A stretch of DNA of 64,000 nucleotides from positions 27,499 to 91,498 of the IMG/VR virus record IMGVR_UViG_3300019776_000550, one strand, 5' to 3'. This document shows, piece after piece, positions 20,083-26,931 of the stretch. Position 1 is the stretch's first letter. Every line of letters starts with the position of its first letter. Under the pieces are notes generated by a model. It made no database searches and was not told where the DNA came from. It was given only the letters and a program-made list of their open reading frames with translations. This DNA comes from a virus. Made by a program: the position numbers and the translations under genes.

Positions 20083-20253
20083 CTATTGAATTTTAATAAT
20101 TCCGTCATAATCTACGGAATATATCAAAAATCTTTTATCTCTTATCTCTCTCCAGATAGAAGCATTTTTCAGAGTTTTTAATCTTTCTAACGCATCTTCT
20201 AATGATTCAAACCATATATATTCATAGTCTGAATTAAATATAAAGTATTCCAT
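20083..20253 (-). CDS. small hypothetical protein (56 aa)
   Basis: Own translation MEYFIFNSDYEYIWFESLEDALERLK... Confidence 0.55.
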   Translation of the reverse strand: MEYFIFNSDYEYIWFESLEDALERLKTLKNASIWREIRDKRFLIYSVDYDGIIKIQ

Positions 20254-20326
20254 AATAAACAATTAAAAATGAATAAAACAGAATTGTGACAGTTTCTAAG
20301 ATAACTGACAAAACTTATTGTTTGCA

Positions 20327-20548
20327 TTACAATATTGTAACACCTGTTAAAACTCTTGAAGTTGTATTATTTACAACTTCATAAAATTCCCAAACCATGT
20401 CTCCATTGTTATAATTAAACATAGAGACATAAATAGAATTAGAATCATAACATTCTAATTCTATAAATTCTTTCCATGCTTTTTCCAAACCATTTTCATG
20501 GTTTGTATGAGTTGGGAAAAATTCAATAAATTTCAATTCTTTCAACAT
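20327..20548 (-). CDS. hypothetical protein
   Basis: ORF. Confidence 0.6.
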   Translation of the reverse strand: MLKELKFIEFFPTHTNHENGLEKAWKEFIELECYDSNSIYVSMFNYNNGDMVWEFYEVVNNTTSRVLTGVTIL

Positions 20549-20742
20549 AAATCTTCTATTTTTAAATCTAAAACTGGAAGTTCTTTTACTATTTTGTAAT
20601 AATAACTTTCTGAGTCATCAGTAGGTTGATTATTAACAAAATTCTGAACTTTTTCTAAGTCTTTTTCTTGTATCTTACCTAGTAAGATATTTTCATCACA
20701 GTGTCCTTTACCGTGATAATAATATTTGAATAAATACATCAT
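20542..20742 (-). CDS. hypothetical protein
   Basis: ORF with poly-A leader. Confidence 0.6.
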   Translation of the reverse strand: MMYLFKYYYHGKGHCDENILLGKIQEKDLEKVQNFVNNQPTDDSESYYYKIVKELPVLDLKIEDLC

Positions 20743-20781
20743 TTTTTTTTTTTTGATTTAATTACACAGCTTAAAATAAAA

Positions 20782-21650
20782 TAATTACAATTGTATGATT
20801 TAATGCAAGTAGTTTGATTAACTTCTCGGAACTAACTTTCATAAGAATTTCTTCTTATAACCAGTACATCCTTTGCACATACAATTGTAATTAATTGTTT
20901 TTAAATGTTCGGTTGTGTCTGTTTTGTATATCACAACTTTATCTTACACATCTATTGAGAAACCTCCAATGTCTCAAATGTTTTTCAATGTGTAAACCAG
21001 ATGCTTTACTTCAAACATTTCAAAGCTTCAATGGAGTTTGTAAGCTTTGAATAACAATGACCTTTTAACTTACATGATTTTCTCATGTAAAACTTTTATA
21101 AAAGTAGTTTCAAGATTTATTTAGACACGTTTATCTCATCATCAGATTGTTTTCGTGTATATTTTAATTCAAAACTTAATAATAAAACAACAACTCTAGG
21201 TGTACATATCATAGGTAGTGAGCCTATGTACATATTTTTCACAGTTGAGCGTTGTTGCTTTATTATCTACTTCTAATAACATCAGTTGTCTTTTGTTATT
21301 AGATTCACCTTCTGTTCACTCTAAGCAAGTACGTGTTATTGTATTAACACAATGCGATATGAGCATAAACAGTTTTCATCTCCTTATTTAAGGGAAACTA
21401 GGTTAGTCAAAAAAAAAAGAAGTAGTTTATTCTTTCAGATGTCTTTTAAAAAGACGGAAAGATGGACACAGCTGACATTGTAAGCAGTCCTACTTCTTTT
21501 ACGTAATCCTACCATCATGTCACTAGGTAGGTTTCCCACTCAACCTTCTATCATTATGATAGCTAACCCTTGTGAAGTTAGAATGAGGTTTTAAGAATCG
21601 TTAGTTTTATTCTGTTGCCAAGAAAAACTAACAAAAAACTCCGAATCTTA
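20782..21650 (-). ncRNA. ORF-free tract of tandem structured RNA elements
   Basis: At least nine consecutive stem-loop or junction modules; G-U pairs favour the minus strand. Confidence 0.65.
21049..21158 (-). ncRNA. type I hammerhead ribozyme (variant core)
   Basis: Minus: stem I AACAAU/AUUGUU; CUGAUGA (21145-21139) plus extra U; stem II GAGAU/AUCUU; GAAAC; long stem III; GUC (21061-21059); ACACG/CGUGU pseudoknot. Confidence 0.7.
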
Positions 21651-21651
21651 T

Positions 21652-22002
21652 TCAGTCGCAGAGTTCAGACCTAACACAACCTGAATGTGCAAATGGAAAT
21701 CCATCATACATTCCACCTCCGCAATGACTACAAGTAGTCTCTGCAAAAGTGTCATGGATTTTTTCCATTGCTTCATTGGTTGCTGGTTCAGACATCAACT
21801 CTAGCAATACTTTCCTTAAATCATAAGGATTATGGACTTTGTAAGTATTATGCTCACAATCCATAGCGTATGCAGAGTCAATATTCTCATGCGTTATGTT
21901 TATACACTTATTATTGTAATAAGCTGATAAGCAATAAACATGAGGTAGTCTGTGACCATTAAAGTCTAAACCAAACTGCTCTACAAGGACTAATTCTGTC
22001 AT
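21652..22002 (-). CDS. hypothetical protein with C-terminal Zn-finger-like CxxC...HxxC
   Basis: Track ORF 21652..22041; start MTELV after A-rich leader; CSHC...HSGC. Confidence 0.65.
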   Translation of the reverse strand: MTELVLVEQFGLDFNGHRLPHVYCLSAYYNNKCINITHENIDSAYAMDCEHNTYKVHNPYDLRKVLLELMSEPATNEAMEKIHDTFAETTCSHCGGGMYDGFPFAHSGCVRSELCD

Positions 22003-22144
22003 TGTTTTACAATTTAATTTAAAAAGTTTTTCTACTAACATAACTTCTAGTAGATAAAGTGATACTAATTACCTGTTGATTCTCAAGATGTATCAAGTCT
22101 TGATTCCTTATACTCAGTTAGCAGGTTCTGAGTTTAGGATTGAG

Positions 22145-22510
22145 TTACAGAGTAACCACTTTCTCTCTCAAATTACGAGAGACATGGTTTCTCAATGTCT
22201 GCAAATCTGCCTGTTCTTTACAGACAAACTCTCCATTTGCTTCTCTAACAAGAGTAGCAATAATAGGAAAGTTCCCTGTAAGTCCATGCAGTGCTACTAA
22301 TACCATAGTAGCTAATGCAGACATTCCTGGAACTGCTACCGTAACAACAGTATTACTTTCAACCCCTAAAGATTGAAGATACTTTGTTACAGCTTCCAAA
22401 TTTTCCCCAAATGGTTTTTCAGGGTTAATTTGAACAGTTCCATGAAACTCAAATCCTAATTCATCAAGACTCTTGTTAAAGTGTCCTGACAAGTTAAGTT
22501 TCTTGTTCAT
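22145..22510 (-). CDS. Csx15-like protein (CARF-related, type III CRISPR-associated family)
   Basis: LNLSGH...INPEKPF.E...PGMSALA..VL..LHG.TG.FP.I..L.R...DLQ.LR...R..R matches the Csx15 pattern over the full length. Confidence 0.75.
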   Translation of the reverse strand: MNKKLNLSGHFNKSLDELGFEFHGTVQINPEKPFGENLEAVTKYLQSLGVESNTVVTVAVPGMSALATMVLVALHGLTGNFPIIATLVREANGEFVCKEQADLQTLRNHVSRNLREKVVTL

Positions 22511-22683
22511 TTTTAAGGAACGTAGGAAACTAATGTGTTCTATTCTAAGTAAGAACACTTAACTTGCAACCACTAAAGTAGGTTACTTTCACTTTGTAGC
22601 ATATTTAAAAATCTGGAGGTAATGCTACTTAACCTCACTGTTAGCTTTTTATATAAAAAAGCTAAAAAAACAAAAACAAAAAG

Positions 22684-22710
22684 AAAAAAAAGCTAGGATT
22701 AACCTAGCTT
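22684..22710 (-). terminator. rho-independent terminator of first early gene
   Basis: AAGCTAGG/CCTAGCTT overlapping the stop codon, followed by a U-run. Confidence 0.7.
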
Positions 22711-22929
22711 GAATTTCTGGATGATAGCGTCTAACACGCTATCAGCAACACCGTAACCATTTGCGTATTCAATAACACTGACTTCTGCATCAGTGAATTT
22801 CTCCGCGATACATATTAACGTTTGCGAAGCTTTTGACAGCTTCTCGTAAATTTCGTCGGTGACTTCCACACCTTTTCTGCCCGATACCTTTCTATCGGTA
22901 TCTTTAACATCTAACTTTATCTGAGCCAT
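22699..22929 (-). CDS. hypothetical protein, first gene of leftward unit
   Basis: ORF with A-rich leader and its own terminator. Confidence 0.7.
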   Translation of the reverse strand: MAQIKLDVKDTDRKVSGRKGVEVTDEIYEKLSKASQTLICIAEKFTDAEVSVIEYANGYGVADSVLDAIIQKFKLG

Positions 22930-23317
22930 TTTCTTTTTTGTTTAAAGTTTATTGGGGGTACAACCCCTCGCAATTTCAGTAGGGGGTGGCTAAGGTAAGT
23001 AGTTCCTCAATCAGCAAATTTCCACAACTTCTATTAAAATTATGATGTCTTCATTCAGCAAATCTTTTTGTAGCACTATAATCAGCTAGGGGGGTCTTTT
23101 AGTATATTAATCCAAAGTACCTTCTTTTGTAGTAGGGATATTAGGTATATCATGTTCAGCAAGTGTATTTTTAATGTCAATTCTATTGTTCTAATGGGGG
23201 TTATTCAGTAGGTTTTTGCTGTTTTTGGCTGTTTTCATTTTAAAATAGTTTTTTTAAGTATATGGAAAACGGTCATTTTAAGCTACTTTTAGAGTTAACT
23301 GCCTGATTATCAATCAG

Positions 23318-23362
23318 TTTACTATGTCAAAATTATAATTTTACTATGTCAATATTTTGACA
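23318..23362 (+). repeat. 13-bp direct repeat plus palindrome
   Basis: TTTACTATGTCAA at 23318 and 23340; TGTCAA-TATT-TTGACA at 23347-23362. Confidence 0.75.
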
Positions 23363-23372
23363 GTTTTTTCGC

Positions 23373-23380
23373 TATATTTG
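23373..23380 (+). promoter_or_regulatory. Bacteroidota -7 promoter box
   Basis: TATATTTG matches TAnnTTTG, 19 nt before the ATG at 23400; no well-spaced -33 box. Confidence 0.45.
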
Positions 23381-23399
23381 TACAAATCATTTGATAAAA

Positions 23400-23933
23400 A
23401 TGAAGATAAAAGAAGTAATAAAAATCAATAAAGTAGCTGTAAAAGTAAGAGATGTAGATATAGGTGTTAATCCTTTCATGAAAGATGTAAATATTAAAGT
23501 ATCTGTAGTAAATTTAGAAGGTGATTATGTTAAAGAGGATGATTTATACTTACCAAATAACACTTATATTGAATCAGAACCTTATACAAAGATTTTTATA
23601 AATGCTGAAAACAGAAAAATTGTTAATAAATTAACACAACGAGGTAAAGATTTGCTATTATGGTTGCTTTATGAGATGGAAGCTGGTCAAGATTTTATTA
23701 AAATTAATAAAGTTAGATATATGAAAGAATTAAGTATCAAATCTGTTAATACTTATAAAACAGCTTTATCAGAATTAATAAGATATGGTATGTTAAAGGA
23801 GTCAAAAGCAAAAGATATATACTGGATTAATTCACAATTCTTTTTTAATGGTAATAGAATCAAGAAATATAAAAAACAACTGATAAATAAAGATGGCAAT
23901 AGAATTAATAATAAAGAGAAAGGCGTTTCCTGA
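23400..23933 (+). CDS. RepL-like winged-helix replication/regulatory protein
   Basis: LLLWLLY...SVNTYKTALSELIRYGML...IYWINSQFFFNGNRI, the C-terminal motif of RepL-like proteins. Confidence 0.75.
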   Translation: MKIKEVIKINKVAVKVRDVDIGVNPFMKDVNIKVSVVNLEGDYVKEDDLYLPNNTYIESEPYTKIFINAENRKIVNKLTQRGKDLLLWLLYEMEAGQDFIKINKVRYMKELSIKSVNTYKTALSELIRYGMLKESKAKDIYWINSQFFFNGNRIKKYKKQLINKDGNRINNKEKGVS

Positions 23934-24186
23934 AAGAGAAAAACTAGAGTTAAGGTTAAAAGAAATGGGATTTAAGAATAAAATTGATTCTAAACCTTAT
24001 ACTGCTTGGAAAATATGGAATAGTTTTTTGGTTATTCGTACTTACGGTAACTATTATACAGTACATACTAACGGAGATATAGACCATTATGAAGTTAAAA
24101 AATGTGCTTATCAAGGTATTAGTTACGAAATGAACAATTTTGATTTTTTAGGTCAACTTTTAACAAAAAAAGATATAGAACAATGA
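23893..24186 (+). CDS. hypothetical protein
   Basis: ORF. Confidence 0.55.
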   Translation: MAIELIIKRKAFPEREKLELRLKEMGFKNKIDSKPYTAWKIWNSFLVIRTYGNYYTVHTNGDIDHYEVKKCAYQGISYEMNNFDFLGQLLTKKDIEQ

Positions 24187-24377
24187 ACTTAGAAGAAGTA
24201 ACAAAGATAAGAGTAAGAATCAAAGCTCTTCAATTGCAAGTTGATACTGCCAATAGTATCATAGAAAAAGCTGAACTAATGGATGAAATTGAAGATTTAA
24301 AAATTCAAGTTGGTGATTTTGAAAGAAAAGTAAGAGATATTAGTGATGATTTAGATTGTGAAAACTGTAGCGGATAA
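24183..24377 (+). CDS. hypothetical protein with C-terminal CxxCSG
   Basis: Coiled coil ending DCENCSG. Confidence 0.6.
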   Translation: MNLEEVTKIRVRIKALQLQVDTANSIIEKAELMDEIEDLKIQVGDFERKVRDISDDLDCENCSG

Positions 24378-24378
24378 T

Positions 24379-25146
24379 ATGAAATACTTTATAGACACTG
24401 AATTTCTTGAAGGAACGCAAGATAAAACTATATTTGGAATTAAATATGGTAAAACGAAGCCTACAATTGATTTAATATCAATAGGTATAGTAGCAGAAGA
24501 TGGTAGAGAATATTATGCTATTAGCAAAGATTTTAATTTAAAAGAAGCTTGGAATAGGTATGATTTAAAAATCAATAAACATTTTCCACAAGGTTCTGAA
24601 TATAATAAAGAATATTGGATTAGAGACAATGTGTTATTTTCAATTTGGAAAGAACTTGTAGCTAAAGATGTACAATGGTACAAAGATATGTGGAGAAAAG
24701 TTCCAACTTATACAAATGCTTATAATCCTAAAGACCATTACTTTAATTACAGTAACCTTAAAAGACTTATTAATGATTACGGCAAAACAAATAAACAAAT
24801 AGCAGAAGAAGTTAAAGAATTTGTTTATAAAAATAATAAACCTGAGTTTTATGGTTATTATTCAGATTATGATTGGGTAGCTTTTTGCTGGTTATTTGGG
24901 AAAATGATAGATTTACCTAAAGAGTTTCCTCAATATTGTATTGATTTAAAACAAGAATTAGATAATAAAGTTAAAACTTATTTTGCACAAAGAGATGATG
25001 ATTATATATTAAATGTTTATGGTTATGAAGGCGTATTAAATAAAGTTAAACAGTTGCCTGATTACCCAAAGCAAATTAATGAACATCATGCTTTAGCGGA
25101 TGCTAAATGGAATAAAGAGTTATATGATTTTTTTGACTTTTATTGA
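24379..25146 (+). CDS. DEDDh 3'-5' exoribonuclease (Rv2179c-like)
   Basis: FIDTEF, DLISIGIVAEDGREYYA, YYSDYDWV, HHALADAKW. Confidence 0.85.
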   Translation: MKYFIDTEFLEGTQDKTIFGIKYGKTKPTIDLISIGIVAEDGREYYAISKDFNLKEAWNRYDLKINKHFPQGSEYNKEYWIRDNVLFSIWKELVAKDVQWYKDMWRKVPTYTNAYNPKDHYFNYSNLKRLINDYGKTNKQIAEEVKEFVYKNNKPEFYGYYSDYDWVAFCWLFGKMIDLPKEFPQYCIDLKQELDNKVKTYFAQRDDDYILNVYGYEGVLNKVKQLPDYPKQINEHHALADAKWNKELYDFFDFY

Positions 25147-25172
25147 ATAATTAAAACTTAACTTATAATATT

Positions 25173-25367
25173 ATGTGGCAAACATGTCCTATATGTAAAG
25201 GGATTGGTAAAGTCAATCATTCTTATATAAATAATTCAAATACTTCTCTTTGTGAAACTTGTGATGGCAAAGGGATAATTAGTGAATTAACTGGATTATC
25301 ACCTGTTAAAGCCAATAATCAAAATATTAAATATAAAAACTTAAAACAATTTACAAGATGGAAATAA
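25173..25367 (+). CDS. DnaJ-type zinc finger protein
   Basis: CPICKGIG and CETCDGKG (CxxCxGxG x2). Confidence 0.7.
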   Translation: MWQTCPICKGIGKVNHSYINNSNTSLCETCDGKGIISELTGLSPVKANNQNIKYKNLKQFTRWK

Positions 25368-25630
25368 AGCAAACTTTTGGGCAAAAAGCAGTAGGTTTAA
25401 CTTTTAATCCTAGTGACAACGATAAAGTAGGTAAAGCTAAACAACTAGCTGCTGACTTAATTGATTTAGTAGAGTTAGATTATTATGAAAAAACTACTCT
25501 TCCAACAGATGAAAAAATTAATCAACTTGGCAAATCAAGTTGGTTAACTAATGTTTTTCGTACAGCAGCGTTTAATACAATTATAGCTGCACAAATGGCA
25601 GTAGTTAAATTTTTAACTTGGAAAGATTAA
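25358..25630 (+). CDS. Acb2/Tad1-like helical hairpin protein
   Basis: FGQKAVGLTFNPS...K...ADLID...AA...I..AQMAVVKFLTWKD. Confidence 0.65.
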   Translation: MEIKQTFGQKAVGLTFNPSDNDKVGKAKQLAADLIDLVELDYYEKTTLPTDEKINQLGKSSWLTNVFRTAAFNTIIAAQMAVVKFLTWKD

Positions 25631-25653
25631 TTAGGGTTTGAAAAATAAAACTG

Positions 25654-25687
25654 ATAGGTTATGATATTTTATTATAACCTATTTTTT
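25654..25687 (+). terminator. rho-independent terminator
   Basis: ATAGGTTAT/ATAACCTAT followed by a T-run. Confidence 0.7.
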
Positions 25688-25701
25688 ATATTTACAATAT
25701 T

Positions 25702-26649
25702 ATGAGATTAGGAAACATAGGAAATACAAGTTCTGCAACTGATGTTTTTGTAAAAACTGTAGTTGATAGAAATAATTTGCATATTGAAAAAGCAAAAGAA
25801 AGTTCTAATGGTCAAATATCATTTAGAGATGATATACATGAATATAGAAGTGTACATTCAAAAAATGTATATACTTCTGTAACTACTTTTATTGGACAGT
25901 TTCAGAAACCTTTTAAGGCTGAATACTGGAGTTATTATAAAGCTTTAGAAAGTGTTGTAATTGCAACTTATGGTCAACAAACATGGTATGCTATTAAAAG
26001 AAAGTTAAAAGAATTTAGAGCTTTAGATAGAGAAGATGATGGTGTAGTTTACATGAAAGATGTAATTAAACAATTTAACATACCACAAGTTCATACTAAA
26101 GTTGAACATCTTAGACAACAATGGGATAAAAAGAGAGATGATGCTTGTGCTAAAGGAACTGCGTTTCATAACAAAAAAGAAGAAGAATCTTATTCTAATG
26201 GGTATGATTCGATTAATAATATGATAGTTCCTACATCATTGAAATACTCTTTTGACTTATCTAAATTAGAAGATGGATTTCATGCTGAATTACTTGTTTA
26301 TAATGATTACTTTCAGATAGCTGGCAAGATTGATAAATGTATCATTAAAACAGAAGGTAATAAGAGATATGTTTATATTGATGATTATAAGACTAATGAA
26401 AAGATAACTAAGAGAAATGAATTTCAAAGTCTTAAACCTCCTATAAGTCACTTGGATGATTGTAAATGGAATATTTATAGATTGCAGCTATCAATGTATG
26501 GAGTTTTGTTAGAATTAGCAGGATATGAAGTTAAACATTTACAACTTACTCATTGTACTGACTTTGGTGAATTTCCTGAACCATTCACTATTTTAAGAGA
26601 TGAAATACATACTATTTTAGAATATAGAGCAAGTCAATTATACAATTAA
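25702..26649 (+). CDS. PD-(D/E)XK exonuclease
   Basis: SVTT, KGTAFH, AGKID, DDYKTN, YRLQLSMY. Confidence 0.88.
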   Translation: MRLGNIGNTSSATDVFVKTVVDRNNLHIEKAKESSNGQISFRDDIHEYRSVHSKNVYTSVTTFIGQFQKPFKAEYWSYYKALESVVIATYGQQTWYAIKRKLKEFRALDREDDGVVYMKDVIKQFNIPQVHTKVEHLRQQWDKKRDDACAKGTAFHNKKEEESYSNGYDSINNMIVPTSLKYSFDLSKLEDGFHAELLVYNDYFQIAGKIDKCIIKTEGNKRYVYIDDYKTNEKITKRNEFQSLKPPISHLDDCKWNIYRLQLSMYGVLLELAGYEVKHLQLTHCTDFGEFPEPFTILRDEIHTILEYRASQLYN

Positions 26650-26664
26650 ATTAAGCATTCAATT

Positions 26665-26931
26665 ATGTTAAAAGATTATATTGTATCAGCAAATTCTGCT
26701 AATGTTACAGTAACTAACACTTGTTATACAACTAAATTAGAAACAACAAAACCTGATTTTTATGAATACTGGTGGTTAAACTTAACTGATAACAATGAAG
26801 TTGTAGTAACTCATTCAGGTAAAGCTTATGGTTTTAAAGATGATTTAGAAAAACAATTACTTATTGAATTTGCAAGAAAATTTCCTGATGTAGAAGTATC
26901 AGATTATATTTTTAAAATGAGAATGTTATGA
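26665..26931 (+). CDS. hypothetical protein
   Basis: ORF. Confidence 0.55.
   Translation: MLKDYIVSANSANVTVTNTCYTTKLETTKPDFYEYWWLNLTDNNEVVVTHSGKAYGFKDDLEKQLLIEFARKFPDVEVSDYIFKMRML

Larger units (their letters stand above)
22930..23390. promoter_or_regulatory. divergent control region (candidate origin/terminus/promoters)
   Basis: Strand switch, G-runs, TCAG repeats and TTTACTATGTCAA direct repeat. Confidence 0.6.

Noticed and set aside
21100-21200. Type III hammerhead folding using the upstream GUU site
   Set aside because: Stem III would be only about 3 bp; the type I fold with GUC and the pseudoknot fits better
21592-21650. HDV/theta ribozyme suggested by GGCAACA
   Set aside because: No P1 partner strand; better explained as a GCAA tetraloop hairpin
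786-22376. Plus-strand ORFs 786, 5302, 5968, 8681, 18825, 22076 and 22140
   Set aside because: Antisense shadows of better-supported minus-strand genes
22596-22636. preQ1-I riboswitch or HDV-like ribozyme
   Set aside because: It lacks the preQ1 loop and A-rich tail, and has no P3/P1.1 for a nested HDV fold
20760-22640. CRISPR array or mini-array near the Csx15-like gene
   Set aside because: The elements are inverted repeats with different sequences; there are no regularly spaced direct repeats
22954-23200. G-quadruplex
   Set aside because: The G-runs are about 25-100 nt apart, too far for a canonical intramolecular quadruplex
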